Origin: Octopus sinensis
Lineage: Eukaryota
Assembly: GCF_006345805.1 (NCBI RefSeq)
Contig: NC_043010.1
Location: 38,068,001-38,132,000, forward strand
Direction: 5' to 3'
DNA length: 64,000 nt
The notes under the pieces were generated by a model. The model was given only the letters and a program-made list of their open reading frames with translations. It had not been told where the DNA came from and searched no databases. Position 1 is the stretch's first letter. Every line of letters starts with the position of its first letter. The position numbers and the translations under genes were made by a program. Positions 38,791-49,535 of the stretch are shown here, in pieces.

Positions 38791-40074
38791 AAAACGGACA
38801 CCACATGTTGGATGTTGTTTTTAACACTTGACTTTGACAAATGCTAATTCAATACAAACTCATTGATGTCAATAAAACTTGTTTGCAGCTAAAATTAATG
38901 ATTTTGTGAAGTTTTCAAAATAGTCCATCCTCTCTGCCTCACCCAGTACTTAAATGAACTTCACATCATTAAAAGATTCAAACGCTTCAGAAATACAATT
39001 TCGAAAGAAATTATTTCTTGCTCTGTAAACTTTTCAAAGATCATAGTTAATGAAATAACGATAGAATTCTCACGGGGGCGAACGAGTTATATATATAACT
39101 AACTTTTTTCTTCTTCAAATCTTTTATAAATTCGTATTTGATTAATATTATGGCAGAGAAATAATTTAATAAAAGAAAATAATAAATCAGAATTCTTTAA
39201 CAAGTCCAAAAGCGTTTCACAAATTACATCTTAATTTGGGATTTTACTAGTTTGGAAAGGTTAATAATTGTTTCTACATCGCCAGTAATTGCTTCACTGC
39301 ACATATTATGTTGTGGAGGCATATGTCCTAGTGGTTAGAGCAGCGGACTCGCGGTCGAGGGTTCGAATCTCAGACCGGGCGATGTTTGTGTGTTTATGAG
39401 CGAAACACCTAATCTCCACGCGGTTCCGGCAGAAGGTAAAGGTGAACTTCTGTTGACTCTTTTGCCGTAACTTTCTCTCGCTCTTTCCTCCTGCATCTAG
39501 CAGTTCACCTGCGACGGACGCGTCGTCCTGTCCAAGTGGCGAAGCTATACGCCAATGAAACCGGGAAACCGGCCCTTATGAGAAAAGCATGGCTCGAGAA
39601 CGAACAAACAACAACATACTATGTTATTGGGTTGTCGTAAATATCACTGGTCCATGTTGGAATTCGAGATGTTCCACATAACATTTAACATTTTATACGT
39701 CAATGTATCCATAGTCAGATCTTAATTACGATTTATTGTTATGTTGAGCTCGATAGTGGATGTGCCATATACACGTCATTAACAGTAGTTTGATATAACA
39801 GGTATTTCAACACCTGTATGAAATGCAGGTATTTCAAATACCTGTATTTTATAGATAAACGGATTTAGACATTCTACCCAACATTCAAGCGTCTCAGTCG
39901 ATTCGCCGCTTCTACTATTATAACTACCACCAGCACTACTACTGCCACCGCCGCCACCACAACCACAACCACCACCGCCACTAACACCACCGCCACCACC
40001 ACCACCGCCGCCGCCGCCACCACCGCCGACGCCGCTGACGCCGCCACCACCACCACTACCATACCACCACCACC

Positions 40075-40106
<32 letters not shown>

Positions 40107-40549
40107 CACCAGAGCAAGCTCATTACGTTGTTATCTCTACCATGTCATATCGCAGCTACTTCAGTACGACAGCCTTCAGCAGATCTTTCCTCTTCATTTG
40201 ATGTAGTGCACCGATGTGCAAGGCACTGCACTATTTCAACTGATTGCAGTAAGTTTCCATCACCATCATCATCATCATCAACAACAACAACAACAACAGC
40301 TTGACGCTATAATTATCGTTCAGCTATGTAAGACCGATCAGAAGGAAACTGCGATGCATAATAGACAAGATCGTGACAAAGCACCACTTCAAGTGTGCAT
40401 GTGTGTGTATATGCATGTGTGCATGTGTGTGTATGTGCATGCACAGAGAGATACCTGTATGATATATGCACATAAACATAATAGATTATAAATATACACA
40501 GGCATGTATATATACGTGTATATGTGTGTGAGTGTATGTGAATGTATGA

Positions 40550-40595
<46 letters not shown>

Positions 40596-40676
40596 CAAAG
40601 TGGAGTTGTAGGGTACCGCACGAGTGGAATTATATACGAAAGAAGGCTTGAAAATGCAATTTTAAAAGATGTTTAT

Positions 40677-40721
40677 TTACTTTACCGGTTTCACTCTTTG
40701 TAAAAAGATTGTCAAAAGTAA
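40677..40721 (-). ncRNA. Minimal type I hammerhead-like motif with U3-A8 core
   Basis: The minus strand reads TTACTT-TTGACAA-TCTTT(TTAC)AAAGAGT-GAAA-CCGG-TA-AAGTAA. This gives a 6-bp helix I, a palindromic helix III ACCGGT and a GUA triplet. Confidence 0.65.
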
Positions 40722-40771
40722 CATGTAGAAGTTTGGTTGCGTTAATTATTGATTGTTACAAATTGCTACAT

Positions 40772-41165
40772 TACATATATACAGTCTTTGGTAACAAGGA
40801 CATGTTAAGGACATAAAAAAGTTTAACAAGTTCCTTAAAATATTGGGCACAAAAGATTACAACAATAATAATCATTCTCAAGAAGGAATTATTAAAAAGT
40901 TCAGTGCGATATTTGTATTGGTATTGTATCTGTATATTCAAACACGCACAGAATATTGGTTGACCCAGCGTACTACAATACATATATATACATTCTTTGG
41001 TGACAAGAGCATGTTGAGAACATAAAAAAAGTTTAACAAGTTCATTGAAATATTGGGCACAAAAGATTACAACAAATATATTATACATTCTCAAGATAAT
41101 TTCCAGAAGGAATTATTAAAAAGTTAAGTGGAATATTGGTATACACGCACAGAATATTATGAGTT
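40772..41165. repeat. Diverged tandem duplication, period about 208 bp
   Basis: The TACATATATACA.TCTTTGGT.ACAAG...AAAAAAGTTTAACAAGTTC...ATATTGGGCACAAAAGATTACAACAA block occurs at 40772 and about 40979. Confidence 0.85.
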
Positions 41166-41592
41166 CAAAAAGGTTTACATTATAATAGTAGGGAAGCTAA
41201 AACTGACCTGTCCACCATGTTAACGTAAAATAATATTATCTATTTCAAGGGACACTGTAGGTGTGTTTGGGTGGGGGGAAGGAGGAGTAATGTGGAACTG
41301 AAAAGAATTTATCCTTTTTGTCTCGCCTTCAAGCATCAATGATTTGGGCGATTGGCTTTAGAGGTCAGGATGGGGTGAGTGTGTGTGTCTTTGTGTGTGT
41401 GTATATACATATGTGGTGTGAATAGATGTGTCTGAGTATTTGTAAAATCTGGTAGGATGGTGTGTGTATATGTGTGTCCGTTTGTCAACCGCGTGTGTGG
41501 TTGTCTTGGTGTTGTGTGTGCGTGTGTGTATATATAAATATATATTATGAATATATATATCATGCAAATATATATATACATGTATATATATA

Positions 41593-43519
41593 TAGGTTAA
41601 TATAGGGCGTAACAAATATCAGAAAATCAAAAAAAAAATGTGTGTAATAGGTGTAAAACAACTTCCTATGAACGAATATGAAAAAAAAAATTCGTGCACG
41701 CGAAAGGGGGGTGGGGGAGAGGCCTCGGAAAATTCACATCGGGAAGTTCCGAACGCGTCTGAGGAGCTGACCCGGGCACCAAAACAAAAAAAAATAGTGT
41801 AATATGTGTAAAACAACTTGCTCTAAACGAATATGACAAAAAAAATGCGCTCTCGCGAAAGAGGGGTGGGGGAGAGGCCTCGGAATATTTATATCGGGAA
41901 TTTCCGAAAGCGTCTGAACCGGCACAAAAACAAAAACAAAAACAGCGTAATAGGTGTAAAACAACTTGCTCTAAACGACTATCATGAAAAAAATGCGCGC
42001 TCGCGAAAGGGGGGTGGGGGAGAGGCTTCGGAAATTTCACATCTTCAGTCCACGGCCTTTAAACTAAGAAAAAATAGTGTAATTGGTGTAAAACTACTTG
42101 TTCTAAACGAGTATCAAGAACACACACTCACACATGAATCATAAACTCCGTATTTCGCAAAAAAAAAAATAAAGAGAAGAAATTCTGGAAAAAGTGAAGA
42201 AATGTTGGATCTCATTCCTTGGTTAAAGCTATTTTAAACATTAAATTTATGCTTTTCTTTGAAATAGTTCAGATATATGCAATTCTTCTCACTTATTAAG
42301 ATGCATTTATCAGAAAAAAAGAGACAGAAAAAATTATTATTTTGTGTCAATCCTTCCCTAATTATCCTTTATTAATTAGTTTTGGCGTGTATTTTTTCCC
42401 AAATTTATTTTTTCACCTTTACAACACTGTTTAGTAAAGCAATTAATTATCTTTATAATTTGCATATTTGACTTATTAATCAAAATTCTCTAGATGTAAT
42501 ATATACTAAGTAATGCATCCTTCATTTATGTGTTCCGTTCTGTATTATGCATGCGTGACTGTTTGTATGTAAGTGTGTTTAACTGTGCACATGAATGTGA
42601 ATATTAAAGAACATATTTATTTACTATGATTGTTATTTTCAGAACAAATAAATCTTTTGGCTGTTATGTTATTGATGTTATTATTATTGCTAGTTAAAGG
42701 GTGGTGACTTGGCTGAATATTTTGAGTCTTGTAGTATGTAGTTGTGTTAGTCAATATTCTGAGTTCAAATCCAACTCATTTCTTTATCATCATTATCGAT
42801 GGACCACTCAAAGAGGTATATATACATTATCATTTTCGTAACATAATTTCTGTAGTATTTCAAGATGTTTCTGACACGTATTTTGATTCACATGGCGGAG
42901 ATCCAACATTTCTTCACTTTTTCCAGAATTTCTTCTCTTTATTTTTTTTTTTTGCGAAATACGGAGTTTATGATTCATGTGTGAGTGTGTGTTCTTGATA
43001 CTCGTTTAGAACAAGTAGTTTTACACCAATTACACTATTTTTTCTTAGTTTAAAGGCCGTGGACTGAAGATGTGAAATTTCCGAAGCCTCTCCCCCCCCC
43101 CCTTTCGCGAGCGCGCATTTTTTTCATGATTGTCGTTTAGAGCAAGTTGTTTTACACCTATTACGCTGTTTTTGTTTTTGTTTTTGTGCCCGGTTCAGAC
43201 GCTTTCGGAAATTCCCGATATAAATATTCCGAGGCCTCTCCCCCACCCCTCTTTCTCGAGAGCGCATTTTTTTTTGTCATATTCGTTTAGAGCAAGTTGT
43301 TTTACACATATTACACTATTTTTTTTTTTGTTTTGGTGCCCGGGTCAGCCCCTCAGACGCTTTCGGAACTTCCCAATGTGAATTTTCCGAGGCCTCTCCC
43401 CCACCCCCCTTTCGCGTGCGCGAATTTTTTTTTCATATTCGTTCATAGGAAGTTGTTTTACACCTATTACACACATTTTTTTTTTGATTTTCTGATATTT
43501 GTTACGCCCTATATTAACC

Positions 43520-43521
<2 letters not shown>
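41593..43521. mobile_element. Foldback-type non-autonomous DNA transposon, 1.93 kb, with TIRs of about 620 bp built of internal tandem repeats
   Basis: 41593-42213 is the reverse complement of 42898-43521 with only a few substitutions. Termini are TAGGTTAATATAGGGCGTAAC / GTTACGCCCTATATTAACCTA. Each arm has about 3.3 units of 130-155 bp, the AT-rich spacer is 684 bp, and both flanks are (TA)n. Confidence 0.9.
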
Positions 43522-43561
<40 letters not shown>

Positions 43562-44572
43562 GGTCAGGGGTCACTTCAACATCAACAGCAACAATCAACT
43601 GACCTACTTCCATTGACAACAGCACCTGATGAACCAAGTCGAGTTTCACCTTCGCTACAGCAACAAAAACAACAACAACAACAACAACACTCTAATACTA
43701 CCACTAGTCAAGTTCCAATGCTGCTACAACAAAAACAACTCTCCACTACTGCCACAATAGGAAAATCACTACTACATCCGCGTAAAACTATCTGCCATTA
43801 CTACTCTCAAGGCAGCTGCAGATTTGACCACATTCTGGCAAGCCAGAACCCACCATCACAAAATCAACAAGCTGCTTCTAACACCACTGCTACTACTGCC
43901 AAAATAGAAAAACCACTACTACAGCCAAATAAAACCCCCTGCCGTTACTACTCTAAAGGCAATTGTAGATTTGGCCCCAGCGGCACAAACAAAAATGGAC
44001 GCTGTGCTTTTCCCCATCCGACCTTATGTCGTAGACTTGCTATGGGCACCTGTCCATACGGTATAACAGGAAAAAATTGCCCCCACCTCCACCTCAAATA
44101 CTGTCCTAAATACAGAATCTATGGTTCTGATCCTAAATACGGATGCATAAGAGGCAATGGATGCACCTTATTCCATCCTAAACTGTGCCAAACTTCTGTC
44201 TCACAAAGGGTGTGCCTGAACCCAGAATGCAACCACCACCATCTGAAGGGCACAAAACGATCACAGAATAGATATAAACAGGAACAGAGGAAATCTAGGA
44301 CAACAACAAGGACAAAATACAACCACGTTTCCCCTCCTACAATCAAACAACGTAGACAGAACCATGAAAAAACACCAAATAACGCCAACTTGAAATATGT
44401 ATCCTCTGACCAAGTGGCAAACCAAACAAGTAACTCTTTTTTACTGACATACCTGGAAAATATGAAGGCCGACCTAAGCCAGGAGATCCAGCGAGCCATC
44501 ACCAACCATCTATGCAAATCACAAGGACCACTCAACTATTACCAACTTCCCTTACCTCGACATTCCTGTTAA
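43562..44572 (+). CDS. LINE ORF1 with four complete and one partial CCCH zinc fingers (first in-frame ATG at 43718)
   Basis: Q/T-rich N-terminus, then C-x7-C-x3-H (partial), C-x7-C-x12-C-x3-H, C-x7-C-x8-C-x3-H, C-x13-C-x5-C-x3-H and C-x8-C-x4-C-x3-H, followed by a basic linker and a helical FLLTYLENMKADLSQEIQRAI segment. The track's 43499 start is read-through from the foldback arm and microsatellite. Confidence 0.8.
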   Translation, partial: GQGSLQHQQQQSTDLLPLTTAPDEPSRVSPSLQQQKQQQQQQHSNTTTSQVPMLLQQKQLSTTATIGKSLLHPRKTICHYYSQGSCRFDHILASQNPPSQNQQAASNTTATTAKIEKPLLQPNKTPCRYYSKGNCRFGPSGTNKNGRCAFPHPTLCRRLAMGTCPYGITGKNCPHLHLKYCPKYRIYGSDPKYGCIRGNGCTLFHPKLCQTSVSQRVCLNPECNHHHLKGTKRSQNRYKQEQRKSRTTTRTKYNHVSPPTIKQRRQNHEKTPNNANLKYVSSDQVANQTSNSFLLTYLENMKADLSQEIQRAITNHLCKSQGPLNYYQLPLPRHSC

Positions 44573-46722
44573 ATGTACGTGGCATCAACATATCAATTAT
44601 TGCCCAAAAATGGAAGATCCCATATATAGAGAGTTGGCTTGCCGAAATGGCACATTGCTTCCCTTTCTTTATCCTTACCGAGACTCACCTGAACAACACC
44701 CATATGGACGCAGAGGTGAAAATAAAAGATTTCACCATTGTTCGTGCGGATCGCACAGACCGAAATAAGGGAGGGACAGCCATCTTTATCCATGACTCCT
44801 TTTCACTTGATGCCAAGGACACATTTTCCAATGGCTACTGTGAATCGGTATCACTATACAACAAAGCCAAGGACATAACCATTGTTGGTCTTTACAGGCC
44901 TCCCCAGGCACCTCTAAAGTACTTTGAAGAGTGCCTTAGCAAAGTCAAGTCCTTCCTTCGGAAGTACCACTCCGGAAACATACTAGTGATGGGTGATTTT
45001 AACCTCCCTCATGTGAACTGGCCCACAAATACTCCGAAATTAGGCAAGTGCTCTACATCAGATAGGGCAGCAGCAGAACTGCTCTTTAATCTGATGGATG
45101 AGTATTTCCTGACTCAGCTAGTGCTTGAACCAACAAGACAGAATAAAACGATCTTGGATCTGGTATTGACCAATCACTATAGCTACGTTCACAGCATTTC
45201 AGTCGAAAAAACTCTCCTCTCAGACCACGACATGGTACTCTGCAATCTTAATTCCCGACATATAAAAACCAAACTAGCCAATCCCACTCCATGGCACCCA
45301 TTTGTCAACATAAACTTCCACAAAGCCGACTGGGGAACAATCAGAAAGGACCTGTCTTCCATCGACTGGTCTTTTACTCTGAATTCCCTTCATATTGAGA
45401 CCGCGTGGCAGCACTTTGAAAACATTGTCACCTATACATGCTCTAAACACGATCCCAAGAAATCTACTAACACAAACAGAAACCGGCTCCCTAAAAAGAA
45501 AAAAACACTCATCAGGCGCATCAAAAGACTCAACAAAAAAATCAACCAATTAAAATATTCCCACACACAACATCCACATTCAACAACAATGAAAAGACTA
45601 GAGCTGGAAAAACTTCATCTGCAGACTAACATAAAAACCTCCATTGAAAATCAAAGAGCTGTGGAGGAACAATGGGTAATCAAAAACATCAAACAGAACC
45701 CAAAAGTGTTCTATTCTTACGCAAATAAGCATAGAACCACTGTCTCACCCATTGGGCCATTGATTGATGATAACGGCATTCCCCAACACGATGCTAAAGA
45801 AATGGCAGAAATACTGCAGAAACAATACTGCTCTGTCTTCAGTGTTCCCACTGATATTGACGTGAGGGAAACGAACGAAGTTGACTCCCAACACAAAATC
45901 GCGGACATAACCTTCACTGCCACCGACATCGTAGCAGCAATAAATGAGGTCAAACATTACTCTGCTGTAGGCCCTGATAGATTTCCCGCTAGTCTCCTGA
46001 AGGAATGTAGATATCAACTTGCAGTCCCTCTGACCAACCTCTGGAGAAACTCGTTAGACGCAGGTTATATACCGAAACAGTTTCTATCCCAGTCGGTCAT
46101 CCCGGTTTTCAAACAGGGAAACAGATCCCTCGCAGTCAACTATCGCCCAATCTCACTCACCTCCCACATCATTAAAGTGTTTGAAAGAGTGTTAAGATCA
46201 AGTATTGCTGACTTCCTGGAGACCCACAAACTCCTAAATTCAAATCAGCATGGCTTTCGCTGTGGCAGGGACTGTCTAACACAGCTCTTACACCACATTG
46301 AAGATGTACTCAAAGCCTTGGGAACAGGTTCGAACTCTGACGTCATATATCTTGACTTCAGTAAAGCGTTCGACAGGGTAGACCATAACATCCTACTCTC
46401 AAAATTGGGAAATGTTGGAATCCGTGGAAAAGTTCTACACTGGATTAAGTATTTCCTGGCGAATAGAACACAACATGTTGTAGTTGATGGTTTCCACTCA
46501 AACCCAGCAAAAGTCACCAGCGGTGTTCCCCAGGGAACTGTTTTGGGCCCGCTACTCTTCATAATTTACGTAAACGACCTTTCCAGTGTCGTACATCACT
46601 GCAAAGTGAAAATATTCGCTGATGACACTAAGCTCCAGCAAATCATCAATGAAGAAGCAGACCGAACTCAACTCCAGTCTGATCTATATGCTGTGAGGCA
46701 GACAGAAACAAAATGCAACTGA
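44512..46722 (+). CDS. LINE ORF2, AP endonuclease and reverse transcriptase (frameshifted near 46705)
   Basis: APE motifs NVRG, TETHL, RADR, YRPP, GDFNLP, LDLVLTN and SDHD. RT motifs YRPISLTS, QHGFR, YLDFSKAFD, GVPQGTVLGPLLF and FADD (46615-46626). Confidence 0.95.
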   Translation: MQITRTTQLLPTSLTSTFLLNVRGINISIIAQKWKIPYIESWLAEMAHCFPFFILTETHLNNTHMDAEVKIKDFTIVRADRTDRNKGGTAIFIHDSFSLDAKDTFSNGYCESVSLYNKAKDITIVGLYRPPQAPLKYFEECLSKVKSFLRKYHSGNILVMGDFNLPHVNWPTNTPKLGKCSTSDRAAAELLFNLMDEYFLTQLVLEPTRQNKTILDLVLTNHYSYVHSISVEKTLLSDHDMVLCNLNSRHIKTKLANPTPWHPFVNINFHKADWGTIRKDLSSIDWSFTLNSLHIETAWQHFENIVTYTCSKHDPKKSTNTNRNRLPKKKKTLIRRIKRLNKKINQLKYSHTQHPHSTTMKRLELEKLHLQTNIKTSIENQRAVEEQWVIKNIKQNPKVFYSYANKHRTTVSPIGPLIDDNGIPQHDAKEMAEILQKQYCSVFSVPTDIDVRETNEVDSQHKIADITFTATDIVAAINEVKHYSAVGPDRFPASLLKECRYQLAVPLTNLWRNSLDAGYIPKQFLSQSVIPVFKQGNRSLAVNYRPISLTSHIIKVFERVLRSSIADFLETHKLLNSNQHGFRCGRDCLTQLLHHIEDVLKALGTGSNSDVIYLDFSKAFDRVDHNILLSKLGNVGIRGKVLHWIKYFLANRTQHVVVDGFHSNPAKVTSGVPQGTVLGPLLFIIYVNDLSSVVHHCKVKIFADDTKLQQIINEEADRTQLQSDLYAVRQTETKCN

Positions 46723-47485
46723 ATGAGGGAAAATTTGAGCTGATGCATTTTGGAAGAAATTCCTCACTAAAACAACCATACTCTCTTCCTTCAGGGGAAC
46801 CGCTCACAGCCTCTAACAATATCAGAGACCTGGGTGTAATTGTTGATGACGATCTCATTTGGAGTGCACACATCAACAAGAAGGTCGATATAGCTCGTAG
46901 GATGAGTTCCTGGATCTTAAGAACTTTCCGGTCCAGAGAACAAGGTGTCATCATATCACTTTTTTCCTCCTTTGTACGGCCACACCTTGAATACTGCTGC
47001 CCACTGTGGTCTCCTCACACAAGACAAAACATCTCCAGAATTGAGTCACCCCAGAGGGCTCTCACTAAACAAATTGAAGGCATGGCTGCTCTCAATTATT
47101 GGGATCGCCTTATAGCCTTGAAACTTTACTCCCTCCAGCGTCGCCGTGAGCGGTACATCATTTGTACGATGTGGAAAATATACCGCCAACTTTGCCCAAA
47201 CGACCTAAACATTAGCTTCAAGGTTCATCCAAGACTTGGACCACGGGCTATACGTCCCCTGCCAAATTCAAGATCACAACATACATGTACACTGCAACAT
47301 AATTTCTTTTCCTCAACAGGCCCTGCCCTATTTAACATTGTCCCGAGGGAGATCAAAGAGGAAAAGGATCCATCAACTTTAAACAGAGTCTGGATAGATT
47401 CCTTCAAAGAATACCAGATAAGCCACCCATAATTGGATACAACTCACCCAACAAGAACTCACTACTTGAACAAAACTTGACTTAA
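46713..47485 (+). pseudogene. LINE ORF2 C-terminal part (RT thumb and CR1/L2-type C-terminus), second frameshift near 47380
   Basis: Reads MQLNEGKFELMHFG...IRDLGVIVD...RPHLEYCCPLWSP...LYSLQRRRERY. After a 1-nt shift the frame continues KQSLDRFLQRIPDKPPIIGYNSPNKNSLLEQNLT-stop (47483-47485). Confidence 0.9.
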
Positions 47486-47637
47486 ACAGGATTCGAATAA
47501 TCCTATCAGGTGGTGCTATTAAGTTAGACATGGCCTGGACCAATCTCTGGTCGAAACATATCTAAGTTTCATCTAAGTTTTATATATATTATGCATATAT
47601 ACATATACATGTATGTATAATATATATATTATATATA

Positions 47638-47681
<44 letters not shown>

Positions 47682-47762
47682 TATATAATATATATATATG
47701 TATGTATGTATGTGTGTGTGTATATATATATATAAATAATATTTATTTATGCAGATATTTAT

Positions 47763-47851
<89 letters not shown>

Positions 47852-48474
47852 CATATATTATATATATATATCACACACACACACACATACACATACAAAG
47901 AGTTATTAATAAGGTATCATCAATCCGGGCAAAATATTTCACAAACTCTCTTAAGCCAAATATACCAGGCTAGCAAAAGGTTTTCAGATTAGTAAAAAAA
48001 CTCCAGGTAATCCTAAAGCATGATCCAAAGTTGAATGCCACCACCATTCAGCTTTCTAATTCCATGGGTGCATTTCCCTCCAGTTAATATGGTATTTTTC
48101 ACAGAGTGATATTCAGGAAAGGGCATAAATAGTGGGCTTTACATATTTATTTGTGCATCGTCGACTTACAGTTGTTTCAGATATACATTATAGGTGTGTT
48201 TATAGTTCAGTTAACTACTTCGACTGATTATGTAAACGGAACAATGAATGCATCTATAATGCATATCAGAAACAATTGTAAGTCTACGATGCACCAAAAA
48301 TATGTAAAGCCCATTATTTATGTCTTTTCATATATATATATATATAAGTTCAGCAAAATTTGGATTCCGATGAATGTGGTAAAGTCAAAGGCACCAGAAT
48401 TTTGCATAGTATTATCCATATAAATCAATGGGGTGATTATAATCAAAATAAGCAAGAAGCATATCCGAGGTAGA

Positions 48475-48560
48475 GTGGTACAATTGTTTCATGCTACTTC
48501 ATTTTATTAAACACTGTAAGTATTACATCAGTTTTAAAATGTCGAGCAATCTTCAGTCAC
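48475..48560 (-). ncRNA. Minimal type I hammerhead-like motif, canonical core
   Basis: The minus strand reads GTGA-CTGAAGA-TTGCT(loop about 50 nt)AGCAT-GAAA-CAATTG-TA-CCAC. Helix III ACAATTGT is palindromic, and helix I has 3 of 4 pairs. Confidence 0.65.
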
Positions 48561-48635
48561 TTATAGAAATTTTCCAATCAAACGGACAATGCACATTCTT
48601 ATCTCTATTTATATATATATATATATATATATAAA

Positions 48636-48981
48636 AAGAACGAAGATGCTACGTTCTTAGAATTGGGAACATTTTAATTTTCCTTTTACATGTCTCGGTT
48701 TTGGAAAAACTTTATCAAAATTATGTACTAAAATGGAATATGTAAAAAGAGTAATTTGCGGTCATAGTCAATTGAACTTGTCATGCTACCAGAACCAAAG
48801 GATATCATCACGTGTTCTTGCAGGCAAAAGGAAAGTCAACTATGAATGTTAATTTTAATTTTGATTTAATTTTTTTAATAGTTCTTTTCTTTTTGCATAT
48901 TCCATTTTAGTACATATTTTTGATAAGGTTTTTCAAAATCCGAAACATGTAAAAGGAAAATTAAGTAGCATTTTCGTTCTT
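48636..48981. repeat. Inverted repeat (arms about 95 bp, roughly 90 percent identical) whose arms contain a hammerhead-like motif
   Basis: AAGAACGAAGATGCTAC...TTAATTTTCCTTTTACATGT...GGAATATGTAAAAAGA mirrors 48885-48981. Confidence 0.8.
48917..48954 (+). ncRNA. Hammerhead-like motif with U3-A8 core and weak helix I
   Basis: Reads TTT-TTGATAA-GGTTTT(TCA)AAATCC-GAAA-CATG-TA-AAA, with palindromic helix III ACATGT. A decayed mirror copy lies at about 48683-48720(-). Confidence 0.45.
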
Positions 48982-49352
48982 GTTTTTCATAAATATCTAC
49001 TTACTCGTGTGTTACCTCTACAATCTTTTTCAAATATATGCATATATATTTGTGTGTGTGGAGAAAGAGAGACAGCATGAGAGAGATATCTTGTATCGTG
49101 CTTAATACTTCACGAAAATGCACTACAGTGTTTGTCCGGAGGCAATATCTATTATGGACTCACTATGTTAAAAAACACAAATGTATAGGCGTAAGAGTGG
49201 CTGTGTGGTAATTAGGTTCCTTACCAACCACATGGCTCTGGGTTCAGTTCCACTGTACATGGCACCTTGGGCAAATGTCTTCTACTATAGCCTCGGGTCG
49301 ACCAAAGCCTTGTGAGTGGATTTGGTAGACGGAAACTGAAAGTAGCCCGTCG

Positions 49353-49400
<48 letters not shown>

Positions 49401-49497
49401 CGGGAAGCTTTATGAAAATAGACGAAAGACGAAGGCAGGTGGAAAACAAACGAACAATTGTATTAGTATGGCGCTCAGGAAATATAAATAAAACAAG

Positions 49498-49535
49498 TCT
49501 TTAACGTTTCGAGCCTACGCTCTTCAACAGAAAGA
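49498..49535 (-). ncRNA. Minimal type I hammerhead-like motif (A6-to-U core)
   Basis: The minus strand reads TCTTT-CTGTTGA-A-GAGC(GTAG)GCTC-GAAA-CG-TT-AAAGA. This gives a 5-bp helix I, a 4-bp helix II and a loopless palindromic helix III ACGT. Confidence 0.6.

Larger units (their letters stand above)
43561..47580 (+). mobile_element. CR1/L2-group non-LTR retrotransposon (LINE), about 4.0 kb, probably 5'-truncated
   Basis: ORF1 plus APE-RT ORF2, a short 3' UTR and a tandem tail ATCTAAGTTT x2 (about 47559-47580), with (TA)n on both flanks. Confidence 0.95.

Noticed and set aside
43499-43560. N-terminal MLRPILTYIYI... of the 357-aa ORF
   Set aside because: It derives from the foldback terminus and the (TA)n tract, not from the LINE.
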